A stretch of DNA of 64,000 bases from Octopus sinensis (Eukaryota), in assembly GCF_006345805.1 (NCBI RefSeq), contig NC_043000.1, positions 16,616,001 to 16,680,000 of the forward strand. The letters run 5' to 3'. Each line of letters begins with the position of its first letter. Within the stretch, counting starts at the first letter, position 1. A model generated the notes under the pieces. That model saw nothing but the letters and a program-made list of their open reading frames with translations, made no database searches and was not told where the DNA came from. Shown here in pieces: positions 34,040 through 48,531 of this stretch. The position numbers and the translations under genes are program-made.

Positions 34040-35215
34040 GCAGTAAATGCTGTTGGTGCAGTCATGTGCAAGTCTTCCGATTTAATAGTCGTCTAAAAGG
34101 TCACCATTGACACTTTCTACAAAAGGGAGAAGACGCCGATGGTTATCACTGAAAAAATTGGCCGTTCTCAGAGTTCTGTATCAAACATTTCCTTGAAATA
34201 TCATCTGAATGAACAGAGTGTGGTAGAAAGAGGAGCCCCATCAAGTGGATCAACTGCAGCCTTGAGAGAACCATGGAAAAGAACCTATTAGACAATGTGT
34301 AGGAGATCTATAAGGGTGGAGTATTAGAACATTAAGGGGACTCCTGACACAAGATGGCTTCAAGAGATGGAGAACGTTTGCATGGTAGCCAGTACTAAGC
34401 CTCAATTCAACAATAGATAGTATCAGAGGCAGTTAGTTGATTTGGGGCCAAAGAAAAGTAGGTGTGGAGTGTTTAGTAGAGGTACAAAGTGTTGTTTCCT
34501 TGATGAGAGTAACTGTTGTATCTTATTTGGAAACAAGGGCTACAGAGCTTAGAGGAGGGCTGGAGAAGCACAGAACCCAACTGTTTTGAAGTCCAGCTTC
34601 AAGTTATCACAGACATGACACGTGCAAAAATTAAATCACTGCATTTCCGCAGGGTTACAGTCAATGTAGCAATGAACTAAGATATCTTGGAACACTTCAA
34701 GTTTCCATCGACCAGCAGGCTATTTGGTGATAGATTTCTGTTCCATTAGGATATGGTACCTATATATAGTGCCCAAACAATTACTGTTTCTTTTGTTGAT
34801 CATCAATGTATTTACCCAGCCAAGTAAGTCACCTGGCCTAAATATCATAGAGAATCTATGGTGTATGGTTAAAAAGATTGCTAACTCACACTGCAGTAAT
34901 CAAATGGAATCAAAGGTTACTTTCCTCTATGCTATGAAGTATTTAGGCAGACATTATGGCCAAAGGAGCTCCAATGAGGTACTTAACTGACAGTTTATAC
35001 CTGCCTTGCAATTTTTGATCAACTTACTCTATTGTGATTCTATATGTTTTTAATAACATCTGCACAGAAACCATGAATGTTAGATTATAGCAACAAAATA
35101 CTCAGGGAATAGATTAGTTAAGATCTTGTGAACCTAATACAATCAAAACTTTGAACACCTGACTTAACTGACAACAGTATACAATTTTTGCATAATCTAA
35201 TTTTGTGAGACACCT
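34040..35215 (+). mobile_element. Decayed Tc1 transposon (transposase relic at about 34064-34986)
   Basis: Fragments read MCKSSDLIVV*KVTIDTFYK, DESNCCILFGNKG, GEAQNP, DILEHF, SPGLNIIENLW and AKGAP, in the order expected for a Tc1 DDE transposase. Confidence 0.85.
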
Positions 35216-35337
35216 CTCCCTCTCTCTCTCTCTATATATATATGCTGCTCACTGGACACATTCATACACATAGATAAACACAGCAGAGCTGTCTTTTGCT
35301 ACACTCAAACAAACGCACAAAACAACACTCTTCTCAT

Positions 35338-35369
<32 letters not shown>

Positions 35370-36369
35370 CCTCTCATGCAAATCCAGCCCATTATACGTC
35401 TGGTCCATTTATGTGGGCATGTATAATGTGATGGATTTGAATGCAGAGGTTAGGGTTGATATCAGTATAGTGGTGGAGTATATATATATGAAATAGAGAT
35501 ATAATAATGAAAGTGGAGTACCATTACAAATTTGATGACTGAGGCAAAAATATGACAAGGTAGGTCTACAGAGTTGAAGTAGGGTGAGTAGGTTATAATT
35601 TGGGTAAAATATATGAAGGTAGGGGTGCAATAAGAAAATGATAGTGGGGTGCATTTAAAGTATAATTAGAAGTTTATGATACTGAGGTATATTCAAAAAG
35701 GTGAGGCATACACACACACACATGTATAAATATACATGCATCTACACATACAATGGATACAGTTATCAAGCACCTACACCCATACATACATATATATATA
35801 TACACACACACACACACAGATGCTCATACAAATGCATACATACACACACATATGTTCATGCATACAATTATGAATGGTATGAAGAAGAGCCTTGACCAAG
35901 TTATGATATTCTTGACTGATATCTAAAAAAAAGACCAAGTTATGATATTCTTGACTGATATCTAAAAAAAAACTGGAGTAGAATAAATATTCTTATCTTA
36001 GTGTAAAAGAAGGGCAAACTACATTCCAATCTAGCAACATTTGTGAATGGCCTGACTATTCAAAGGTATGTGATAAGCTATGTTACAGGTACCTAGGGAT
36101 GGTTGAAAATACATACTTATGATAGCATGTATTACAAAGGATGTGTGTAACAAGTAAATAAAATACCCAGTTAAAACATATGATCTTTAGAGCTCTCTGA
36201 ATAGAATAAATGAGTGCTCCACAATGTGTGTTGTTTCAGTACCAATACCAGCATTTGAGACAATCATTTGGATGTTTGATGAGATCTGGGGCTTTGATGT
36301 TAACACCAGAAAACTAATAACATACACCAGGCATTTCGCATTAATACTAATACTGGCTGATAATACCTA

Positions 36370-36526
36370 AGGAGTGGCTGTGTGGTAAGTAGCTTGCTAA
36401 CCAACCACATGGTTCCGGGTTCAGTCCCACTGCGTGGCATCTTGGGCAAGTGTCTTCAGCTATAGCCCCGGGCCGACCAATGCCTTGTGAGTGGATTTGG
36501 TAGACGGAAACTGAAAGAAGCCTGTC

Positions 36527-36611
<85 letters not shown>

Positions 36612-36820
36612 TGTGTGTGTGTTTGTGTGTTTGTCTCCCTAGCATTGCTTGACAACCGATGCTGGTGTGTTTACGTCCCCGTCACTTAGCGGTTCGGCAA
36701 AAGAAAGACCGATAGAATAAGTACTGGGCTTACAAAGAATAAGTCCCGGGGTCGATTTGCTTGACTAAAGGCGGTGCTCCAGCATGGCCGCAGTCAAATG
36801 ACTGAAACAAGTAAAAGAGA
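36370..36820 (+). mobile_element. Full-length SINE, family C, with expanded internal (TA)n(GT)n
   Basis: Collinear with 33184-33581. Confidence 0.9.
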
Positions 36821-37165
36821 AAAGAGAGAGAGAGAGACTGAAATTAATACTGAAGATGTAACCCACATAATAAGCAGTTATCCAAAAAATGTTTTCATGA
36901 TACTATTGATGTCAGATGCATGATGTAGTGGCCAAATATTTTGTACAAAATATCAGAACATTGATGCTATGATTAAAATCCTACTTGAGCAAGATATTTA
37001 ATTACCTAAATTCTGTAGCAGTACTTCTAAAGCACTTGCAAAAATGAGTTATTTTTCTACATTTATGGATATGAATATTAGCAAGTGGCTTGGGTGTTCT
37101 TTGTAATGTTTTATGGTTTCTGTCAATGGTTTGGCGAGGTACTACAGCTTAAAATCCATAATTAC

Positions 37166-40100
37166 CTTTGCTGACACTTAGACCTTCATGTAGAAACACA
37201 TCTTGATTGGACTTGGCAGCACAGCCACGTAGGATGGACATATATTCTTCTTTGGGTGGAGCTATCTCAAATTCTTGTGTGAACAAATCTGATTCTTCTA
37301 AAGGTATTACTTTGACTTGAGAAGCTGTAGTAGCATCTTTAACATTAACCTTATCACAAAGACATGAGGAAGTTACATCTTCTATAGTGCATGGTGGTAC
37401 TGCAAGTGTCTGAACATCTACCATAGGAATATCACAGATGCTTCCACCAGCTTGACCATCAAGGGCATCAAAACTACAAGACACATCAGTGAAAGAACGG
37501 GCTTTCTGTCCTCTTATAATAGACAGGCTTTCCAATTTGGGTCTTTCAAAAGTTACTTTTTCTTCCACTCTGAATATTTCAAAATCCAACAGAGACAAAG
37601 AACCAACAGAATATGTCAATGGGAAAGTTTGTTTAGGATTTAGCTGCTGCATCACTGCATGACAGTTTTTACCATTCCCAGGTGTTACAGATGACTTGGA
37701 TACCTCTTGCCTAGATGGAATCTGAATAGGTTCATGTTCTAATGATATATCAGAAGATATTTTCTTTAAACAGCCTTTATACCTACTTGAAGAATTCCCA
37801 GATGAGACAGTATCATCAAATGGAAATTTATAACAAAAACGGTTATCCATTTGGGGAATTCTGTGTGAGCATACATTGTCTGAACCCTTTACTGGTCCAC
37901 TTAGTAATTCTTTGGTCTTCAAAGAATTTTCATCCATCATATTTGAGACCATTCCAAGAGAGAAAAACTGGTTAGAAAATGGTTTAGTGAAGTCATAAAG
38001 AATTTGTTTCTTACCGAAGTGATTACTAAGACCAGATCTGGAGGTGCGGGTACCAAAAGGAGGAAAACTTTGGAAAGAGAAAGGAATTTCTTGCAAGCCA
38101 AACCAATTCGGACCACATGGTGAGTTTAGATAAGGCATTTTGTTACTTCTGAAACCTGTATAGCAACTATTATCCAAGATGTTAGAATATGGGGTATCAG
38201 AATCAGACATTTGTGTAACATTACTGGGATATCTTGCCAGACTTGAAGAACGGCTGGAACAATTGTACACATAATTTTCCTTCTGAAGGGGCTTGAATAA
38301 TCTTTCGTTTGTAGAAGCTCCAAATGTTGGGGGATCGTTTTCATACCTAGGGTGCAAATCTAAAGACTGACTGGAGTCATAAGTTCCTGCATTGGTAGAA
38401 CGTCGAGGAAAACTTGTACTTCTGTTCTCAGATTCTAATGTAGACATGCTCTTTGAGAAATCATGGAAATTTTTACGAGTGAAGCTTGGATTATTTAACT
38501 GATGGAAAGTTTTGCTATTCAGACTTTTCTCGTCAGAACTATTAAAAGACATGTGATCACCATCCTCACTGTTATAACTTGGTATTGTTGGACAGTGTTG
38601 GTCAAACATGCATGGGTAATGGTTATGGTTGTTAGACCTGTTAGAATAAGGGTACTGCCTGTCATAACCTTTGAAAGATAAGTTTGATTTAGGGCCACTG
38701 TAGGGGGGAGGGGGTAACATAGGGCCATAATTGTCAATGTTTTGTAGACTTTGTATAGAGTCTTTAGACTGAGAAGGCAATAGGCAGCTATTTTTTGAAT
38801 CAGGCTTCTCTGAGTTGTAACACTTCAAGTGGTCATTCTGGAAATGAGAACCTTTTGACTGTTGATACACCTGGTCACTGTTATGGGCACCCATTTCTAC
38901 AGTCCTGCGGTCAGCATTGTAATCATTGTAACAAGAGCTGCTATATAGTGGAATATTACGTTTGTTCCATAGCATATTATTCTGATCATTAGCGAACTTG
39001 CTAGGAATTGTTTTATCAACATTGAAAGCATTTTGACTAGAAAACCGTTGATTCCTAGCACTTGTTGGGTATATGAAGTAATCACAGTTGGGTATGCCCT
39101 TGTCCTTTGTCTGGCTAAGTCTATGTTGCAGATCAGAAAATAACCCTAAATTATGGTTGCCTACAAACAGACCATCAGTGCCATTTGTGTCACTGTTCCT
39201 CTCATTGGGATCATCATTAATTAGACTTTCAAGTGACAAAACATCACTCTCATCACTATCATCACAACAGCTTCCAGTATTAAACCTTCTGTAGAACATT
39301 GAACCTCTGTTAGGAATAACAGGTGTATGATAGCCCTGAGAGGGCAACATGTTATACATATTTCTAACAGGTAGCTGCTGGTTGTTACACTTTTTAAAGG
39401 AACTCCTTGGTTTGTAAATATTACTATGAAGAAGTGCAGGGTTTTCTTTAAATGACCCAGGTAAGGTTCTGGAACAATAGAAGTCTGGAGCAGTGTCTGT
39501 ATCCAATGCATTATTTTGTGAGGAAAAGACTTCATCATATTCTTCCTCACAGCATGAATCTGCAGACATTTGATCTAAGCTGTATGTATCTGGTGAATGT
39601 CTTTCATAGTCATACATATATTGTGACAAACTATGACAGTCATACGAGTCTGGTGACAGTCTGCAAGAATCATAGGAATCCTGAGACACAGTATTATAGT
39701 CATCTGTATCAGTGATCATTCTACTAGAGTCATATATGTCAGCTGTTGTTCTATGGAGGTTATATCTATTGGCTGTTATTTGATGGGAGTCATATGTATC
39801 AGATATCACACTACACAAGTCATATGTACCAGCTGTCATTGTACCTGAGTTATACATGTCACCTGTCATTGTATGTGAGTCATACATATCACCTGTCATT
39901 GTATCTGAGTCATAAGTATCAGCTGCTATTCTATGAGAGTCATATGCATTAGCTGCCAATCTATGAGAGTTACATGCATCAGCTGTCATTCTACGCAAGT
40001 CACATGTATCAGCTGTCATTCTACGTGAGTCACATGTATCAGCTGTCATTCTGTGTGAGTCACATGTATCAGCTGTCATTCTACGTGAGTCACATGTATC

Positions 40101-42394
40101 AGCTGTCATTCTACGTGAGTCACATGTATCAGCTGTCATTCTACGTGAGTCACATGTATCAGCTGTCATTCTACGTGAGTCACATGTATCAGCTGTCATT
40201 CTACGCGAGTCACATGTATCAGCTGTCATTCTACGCGAGTCACATGTATCAGCTGTCATTCTACGTGAGTCACATGTATCAGCTGTCATTCTACGTGAGT
40301 CGCATGTATCAGCTGTTATTCTATGTGAGTCACACATATCAGCATTCATTCTATAAGAATCACATGTATCAGCTGTCATTCTATGTGAGTCATAGGAATC
40401 AGCTGCCATTCTATGAGAATCATATGAATCGGCTGTCATTCTCTGTGAGTCATATGGATCAGCTGTCGTTCTTCGAGAATCATATGAATCAGCTGTCATT
40501 CTACGAGAGTCATATGGATCAGCTGTCATTCTACGAGAGTCATATGAATCAGCTGTCATTCTACAAGAGTCATATGAATCAGCTGTCATTCTACTAGAGT
40601 CATATGAATCAGCTGTCATTCTACGAGAATCATATGGATCAGCTGTCATTCTACGAGAGTCATATGGATCAGCTGTCATTCTACGAGAGTCATATGGATC
40701 AGCTGTCATTCTACGATAGTCATATGGATCAGCTGTCGTTCTTCGAGAGTCATATGAATCAGCTGTCATTCTACGAGAATCATATGAATCAGCTGTCATT
40801 CTACGAGAGTCATATGGATCAGCTGTCATTCTACGAGAGTCATATGGATCAGCTGTCATTCTACGAGAGTCATATGGATCAGCTGTCATTCTATGAGAGT
40901 CATATGAATCAGCTGTTATTCTACATGAGTCATTTGCATTAGCTGTCATCTTATGTGAGTCATACACATCTGGAGTCATTCTACCAGAGTCATATGTGTC
41001 TGATAGCATTGTGATACTGTCCTGTGAACTAAGGCTCATTCTGATAGAATTCATTTCATTGGTATCATATCTATTGGATGGCATGCTGTCATGCTTGTAC
41101 AAATCAGAAGTCGAGCTATAGCAATCCGAGTCTGGTGACAAAGGCTCAATGTCGTAGGTATCAAGAAATCTCATGCTATCATCCTTATAAATATCCAGTG
41201 AGTTACTGTCATAACTGAATGTGCTTGGAGCATGTTGCACACAACCAGATACCTTTTTATGTGAAGGATCAGAGTTAAAGGTATCTTGAGATACATTGTC
41301 ACAGCTAGTGTCAAGAGATTTCCTCTTTGCATTGAAAGTATCTACAGACTGTCTGTCTATGCCAACTGTTTCCAGAGATCCTCTTTTTAGGTTATATCCA
41401 CCTGAACTCTGTGAGTTTATATTTTGCTCACTTGAGTAGCGTGACTTACTGCCTATGTCATGTGTGTCCATAGAATTTCTGTCCAGGACACACGAGTACT
41501 CAGACATGTTATCAAAGTCATAGGGGTCTTCAGCATTTCTGTTTGAGTAATGCTTGTGAGAAGGCATTCTATTGTAGTCATACATGCCTGGAAGACTCTT
41601 GTGATGGTTGTACATGTGTGGGAAGCTTTTGCCTGTACCTGACATATACCAAGGCATTCCACCATAGTTATATGCATTAGAATACATTGGATGGGGAGGA
41701 AAGGGAAAAATGGGTGGCCTGAAATTGTTCATTTGTTGCGGAGATGGTGCTTTGTAATGAATGCGTGTATCATTGGAACTAGTTTCAATCTCTGGACACT
41801 TCTCTGGAACTAAATTTGTTTCACAGGAGCCTAATACTGGGTCAAGTTGTTCAGCATTGGAACTTTGGATAGCTGGTGTATCAACAGCAACGACAGTAAT
41901 ACAGGAGGACGTGGAACTGTTATCGTAATCATCCGATATGTTTGATATGGAATGGCAGGTCTCCGCATGTGAAACGATTGATTCCTCTTCATGTAAGGAC
42001 TCATCATGAATGTGTGAATTTAGGTTGAAAGGCTTCTCTTTCAAGTTCGAAGACATTGAATATCTGGAATCAATTAGCATGGATTGAGTGGAAGAAAACT
42101 CATCTGTTTCTCTGTGAAAATGCCTCAGTTGTGGGAGATAATTTTGACGGCACACACTGTCAAGTTCCTGAAAATTCTCAGAGAGATAAGAATTTTTCCT
42201 ATCCCTCTGCTGGCATTCATTTCTCCATACCATATCAGATTCTCTTCCTAACAACGGAGTTAAGGAGCGCTCATAATAGATATCTTCTACTTCAACACTC
42301 TGCAATTCAGAGTCATCAGGAATCCGTTGGCTTTCAAAGGAACTGTCAAGTGTGTAGTCATGAGTTATCATTTGGCCATCTGCAATGTCTGCCT
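37166..42394 (-). CDS. Second giant internal exon, 5,229 nt (1,743 codons); Ser/Asp/Tyr-rich low-complexity protein segment
   Basis: Uninterrupted ORF 37149..42410. Acceptor gattttccag|AGGCAGAC and donor AGCAAAG|gtaatt; length divisible by 3; phase 1-1. Confidence 0.92.
39556..40995 (-). repeat. 30-bp coding tandem repeat, 10-aa unit (Y/C)DSRRMTAD(P/S/T), about 48 units including degenerate flanks
   Basis: agctgtcattctacg recurs at 30-bp spacing; visible in the ORF translation. Confidence 0.97.
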
Positions 42395-44389
42395 CTGGAA
42401 AATCACACATTCACAAATAACAGTTAATTTCTATAGGGAACAGTTTTGATTGAAGTCCATCCCACAGAGCTTGGCCATTGACCAAAATGGCAGCATGCAT
42501 TCTTGCAGCCTTGAAGAAATGGAACTCTTTTAAGTTAATGATAAATTAATCTTCAGTTAATTATCATTCATGAGGCCAGGCATCATTATCTTCCTTCTGA
42601 GATTTGTTATGTAACAAGTGGCCAATTGTGAATATCCATGCATTTTAAGTCGCTCATATTGCTTATATCCTTATTTGGTAATTTATCAGTTTTGCATTTT
42701 TCATGCAGTAATATTCACCATTTATTTAGTAGTATTAAAAAATTATTATAATACATATATGTATATATATGTACATATTATATATATACTTGCACATATA
42801 TATACATGTACACACACACACATATATATATATGCATGTGCATTAGACACAGCAGCTTTTGTATTAAATGAGTTTTACCCAAGGTTATGTTATTCAGTTG
42901 TATATGTTTAGTGTTTACCCAGTTATGAATCGGATGTGATTTATGCAAATAAATTGGTTCACACCAAAGCAACAATCAAGGAAGAAAACTTTTTAAGAAT
43001 TAATGGAGTTAAGAAAGATGCACTTTAAATGTTAATAGCTTGAGAGATGACTTTTGATTCGTTAGATTTAGAATGGAAAGAATTAAAAATATGGAAATAT
43101 AAATGCTGTGTGAAACTCAGAGAGTGAGAGATGAGAAGATGTTAGTACATATTGCAAATGGTTAGCGTTCTCTCAATTTTACTTTTTTTTTTTTTTTTTT
43201 GGATTTTGTTTTAAACAGAAGAGGAAAATTTTTAGTGATGAAATATATTAAAGGAAGCCATGTTACAAAGCAGTCCCTTCCCTATGAGATCAATAAATAC
43301 ACAAGAAAATTAGAAACATTAAATACTTTTAAAAATGTAGTTAAATTAAATATCTATCTTTTAACAGTATGTAACAATATGACTAAGTTATTAATCTATG
43401 ATGGATGCTCTTGGTGTAAACCAAAGTAAATATATATAGGTATATATAAATATTTATATATACTATATATATATTACAGAATATATATATATCAAGACAA
43501 TAACTAACAACATCATCAACTTAAACAGGAAGATTTTGCTTTTCGTTCAATTTTTTTTTGCTTTGTTTAATGTTAAGAATAAACAAACATAATATTAAGA
43601 GCAATACAAAAAGGCACATCAAATTTATTCATATTACACATGAAATGACAACATGTATATGGAAGAAGGAAAGACACAAGGAGAAGGAGGAGGAGGAAAA
43701 AATGTCAAAAAAAAAATTGAAACAATAGTAAAGCATGCAGCAATATGAGGCAACATTGCAGTGGAACTTGGCAAAGCTAAGCCAAGCTGCCTAGCAGGAC
43801 ATGAGAAAGTCTAAGAAATAGAAAGAAAGAGACACAGATAGAGAGCAAGTGTGTGTATGTGTATATACATACATACATACATACATAAATATATATATAT
43901 ACACACAAATGTGCAGAGTGTGTGTATTTATGTATACACATATACACCTATATAAATACACATACATGCATACATAAACACACAAACATGTATGTATATG
44001 TATATATATATGTGAGTGTGTGTATATATGTATATATATATATATAATAGATCAAGAGAGATAGAGAATGTGTTACACACGAGGAGAGAAAGGAAAGAGA
44101 GAAATAAAAAAAAAAGAAATAAAAGTGAGGAGTAGGCAGAGAAAAGTTTGTCCATACAATCTTTGAGATTAGTAAAAAGGCAATTTATGCTTGAAACGAT
44201 AAAATATAACAATGTTATATATAAGAACTCTTCAGTCAGGTGAGAATGTCAAACTGATCAAAAAAATTGCACAGGTATTTATCATTTAACTCTCTGGGCT
44301 CCAAATATGTAGCAGTTTATTAGATAATAGAAAGGTAAATAGTAGGAGAGGAAAAAAATGAAAAGATATATATATATATATATATATAC

Positions 44390-44434
<45 letters not shown>

Positions 44435-46201
44435 GATGTTTTTTAAATATCATTCAAAAATAGATCAATTAACACCTATTTGACTTATTGGATATAAAGA
44501 TTATATAATATATCAATAACACAGAATACTATATGTATTCTTGCCCTTTTCTCTGTAGATTAAACAATTCTCTTGTGTGAGGGGGATATATATATATATA
44601 TATAAACTATGGTTTGCTGTCTGAAGAATTTGGTGAAATGCAGCAAAATATGGTTCCATGACATTGGAATAATAAGTTAAATGGTGGTTTTTCTTACAAA
44701 AATACCTCAGAATGGATCTAAAATCTCTAGTGGATCTCTAGAGTAAACAACATGGAAGATTTGTATTTTAGATGGGTTACAGTTTTATACACCAGACCAT
44801 GAGGCAGTGGGAGGCTCCACAACTTTGTAACATCTTTTTTCTTTTTTTTTTTAGTTTTTAACAATAATTTCTTTACTCACACTCATACATATACATACAT
44901 GTAAATTATTACAACTACTACTAATAATAATATTAATAATAATAATAATATTTTAAGATACTTGGAGCCACTTAAGTACTAGAATATTAAAATTATGACA
45001 GCTCAATGTCTTCTTACTCTGAGTAACAGACGCTATTCTGGACTGCTGGAGCCATAGTTACTAGTTACCAAATCAAATGTTAACTCTATAACTAACAATG
45101 TCCTTGCCTTATGTTATTACGAGTCACAGCTAAAAGTATCCCCTAGCAATCATGTTAAACCTACAAATACTGTTCTACCATGGTATTATTTCAAAATAAT
45201 TTCAAAACTACTATAGTTTTCCATACAATATAAAAATCCCCGTAACTACACCCTTTATAAGGAAGTAAAAAAAAAAATCAACAACAAAAAAAATTAATGT
45301 TCCTTAAAGCCAAGAACCTAAATGTCCCTCAAGGAGGGAGATAACAGAAAAACATCACAAGCACCATGAGTAAGGAGTTCTTTTTGCTCTTTTTAAAAAT
45401 TTATATATATTTAATTACTGTCATTTTTTTTCTTCATATGGAATAGCTAGGTCAATTAGACATGCCAAAATGCCAAAAAAAAAAAATTAATGCGGAAAAA
45501 AAAAACCAAAAACGTTCACATCCACATCTCTCTAATTAAAGATGGTGAGTGTTAGCAGCTTGAAAATATAGTTGTTGATGACCACCCCAGATTTTGGGGG
45601 AAATGTTTGGTTAAATTTATTTTTATCGCAGTTAATAATGGCTTTCCATTGCAAAAACACAAACAAAAAAATTTTTTTTTTAAGTAGAAAATTAGCTAAG
45701 AGCACAAACCAAAAAAAAAAAAAATATTAGAAGCCGAAGAAAAATTTTGTTAACATTATCATTTTCAAAACTGTCATTATCACTTTTAATATTATATTGG
45801 TTGTTTTAAGAAAAAAAATTCTTCAAATAAAAATAGCAGGTGAGAGCAGAATATTATGGAAAAAAATTCAAATTTACAATGAAATTTGAAGTCTAAACTT
45901 ACTGATAATAATAATAATAATAATAATAGTAATAATAACAAAAATTACATAGGCACAAGGCCAGAAAATCTTTGGTGGAGAGGGAACAGTAGATCATATC
46001 AACCCCAGTACTTAACTGGCACTTGTTTCACCCCCGTCCCCACCAATAAGATGAAAGGCAAAGTTGACCTGCAGGATTTGATCTCAGAATACAATGAGCA
46101 ATAACTAAATACCACAAGGCATTTTGTCAAAGTTCTAATGATTCCGTCAGACCACTTCCCTAACAACAATAATAATAAGAGTTTGATGATAATAATAATA
46201 G

Positions 46202-46248
<47 letters not shown>

Positions 46249-47887
46249 ATAATTTGCAAATTTCTAGTGTAAATTTGTATAGTAGGTATATTTTGGTCTC
46301 TAGCTGACAACCCTAATTTTTGAAAGTATATCATATACAAACAGTATCATACAAACCAAAATATTAACAAAATTTGGAAAAAGAAAAAAAGAAATTTTGA
46401 ATCAAGTCTTGTGATACTGCAAGAATAAAAATGGAGTATAGAAGTGAAGTGAAGGAGGCAGAGATATAGAAGAAAAATTGCTAAAATTGAGTAAAAACTA
46501 AAGAGAAGAAAAGAAAAAAGAAAATCAGAAAAAAGATGAACCTCAAATATTTGAAATATATTGAAAAATTATAATACTATATTGTTATACTTTGAAAAAT
46601 TTACACATATATATACATATAGATATACAGACACACATATATATATGTACATATACATACATACACACACATGCTTTTGCTCAGTTGCTTAAGGAGGCCC
46701 AACTTGAAAAACTTGAGTTTTGGAAGATCAAGTGGTAATCAAGAAGCCCAAGTAAACTGGCATTGCTGACCATCTTGATACAGTGTCTATATGCTCCGAC
46801 GTAGAACTTTCTGCAACACTACATAAATTTTTTTGGCCACGCATACACACACATACAAAAATAAATATAAAGGGAAAAAACCCCTTGACTTGGATTAGTT
46901 AAAAATCTTACTTTGAGATGGCCCTTAACAAAATTATAAAGTGGAAATGAGTTTGGAAATTAAAACTCGAAAATATATTCATGACACGAACATATTGTGG
47001 AAAAAATCAGAGCAAAATCTGGATTAGTTTTAAAGATTAAGATGGAAAGCTTTATAAGTTTAGGAAGATTTTTGCCAATATACTCCAAAGTATGAAATCT
47101 GCATAATAAGAAACATGAATAGCAAGAGAGTTTGTTACTGATATAATCAGTCTGTCAGATTGAAGAAAACATTAAAATTTGTACAATAAAACACCCAGAT
47201 AATGCCTTTTTATTTTTTTGAAAAAAAAAACTCACAGATGAAACCCACTAAATTCCTCTCCAAATGTAACCCACCCAACTGCTGTAATCTCAATGTTTAC
47301 ATTTACAAACACCTTTCCAACCCAATTTAATCAATCTTATTTTTAATATATATAAAAAAGATAGACAAACAAATAATAAAGACAAGAAATCCATAAAGAT
47401 TTTAGTGCAGGAAGTAAAAAAAAAAAGATAAAAAATGTTGAAAAGTCACAGGCCAAGATGAAAAGAAAACACTGATGACCAAAGACCAGCATGTGAAGAA
47501 TACTTCACTGTTCTCTGCCGAAAAACATATAGCCATATTTAAATTTTTTTAGATGAGAAGAAGGGCTGGTTTTCTATTAACCTTCTGCATTGTTCTGTTT
47601 CCTCCCCACCCTTCCAGAGTGTTACAAATTTGCTGAATTATCGAAATGCGAAAATTGAAAGTTTGCAGTATGGTACAGTGATGTGAAATCTGTTTCCTTG
47701 AATGAGTTTGAACACTGGAGTTGGTGAACAGCCATCTTTACTATGAGGTAGAAGTAGACTAGCTTGAATGACAGGAAATAGTCTTCAGTCACATACATAC
47801 ACACACTCAAACTAATCCAAAAGATCTAGAATTTAAATTATACACTGTATCAAGAAACATATACGAATGTATATGTACGGTCCATAT

Positions 47888-47931
<44 letters not shown>

Positions 47932-48235
47932 TAGATAGAGTCATGCGCATACATACACTGACACATTATCAATAACGGTTGAAATATAGCTTGAATTATC
48001 ACATTAATGAAATCCAATTTCAAAAAAGTCAATCTGATGAAGAAACTCAATACAAACAGAAAATTCCAAAAATCACTAGGAAAATTTTCCTAAGTATTTA
48101 CTAAAGATTTCGAAGTGTGAAAAAAAAAATAAAAAAGAGAAGGTGGAAGGGAAAAATTTATTTTTTTCTTAAAAAATGAATGATATACAATATTTTAGAG
48201 GTCAGCTATGTCACCAAAATCAAGACCAGTGTTAC

Positions 48236-48313
48236 CCACTGGGGTGGTCATCTGGAGGCTTTTGGCAAGTTCCATATCAGCTGATCTAGTAGAACTGTCC
48301 TTTGCCTTGAAAA
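48236..48313 (-). CDS. Candidate 78-nt cassette exon (V)FKAKDSSTRSADMELAKSLQMTTPV(G); read-through of the donor ends GNTGLDFGDIADL* at 48195
   Basis: Acceptor gttgctag| and donor |gtaaca; phase 1-1; coding-like island 218 nt from the 48532 exon. Confidence 0.5.
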
Positions 48314-48531
48314 CTAGCAACTAGACTGATATTACATTCAACTTTACTACTTACAAAACAGTCAATTTCTCAGACCATTGAAACAAGCAGAGTCAAAAAA
48401 AAAAAAAAAATTAGTTGACCAATGGCATGCATAATATTATTATTATTATTATCATTATTATTATTAACTTTTTTGAAAGAGATTATACTTTGTTAAACAT
48501 GCTGTTGACAAGGTTCACAAAGTCTACACAC

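Noticed and set aside
39556-41700. Reflectin-like protein (Met/Tyr/Arg/Asp-rich, cephalopod)
   Set aside because: Only the composition is similar; the reflectin M/F-D-x5-M-D-x5-M-D motif is absent.
43928-44212. Apparent transmembrane segment LLFLFFLFLSFLSLLV
   Set aside because: It derives from a T-rich low-complexity tract running into a microsatellite, with no usable donor.
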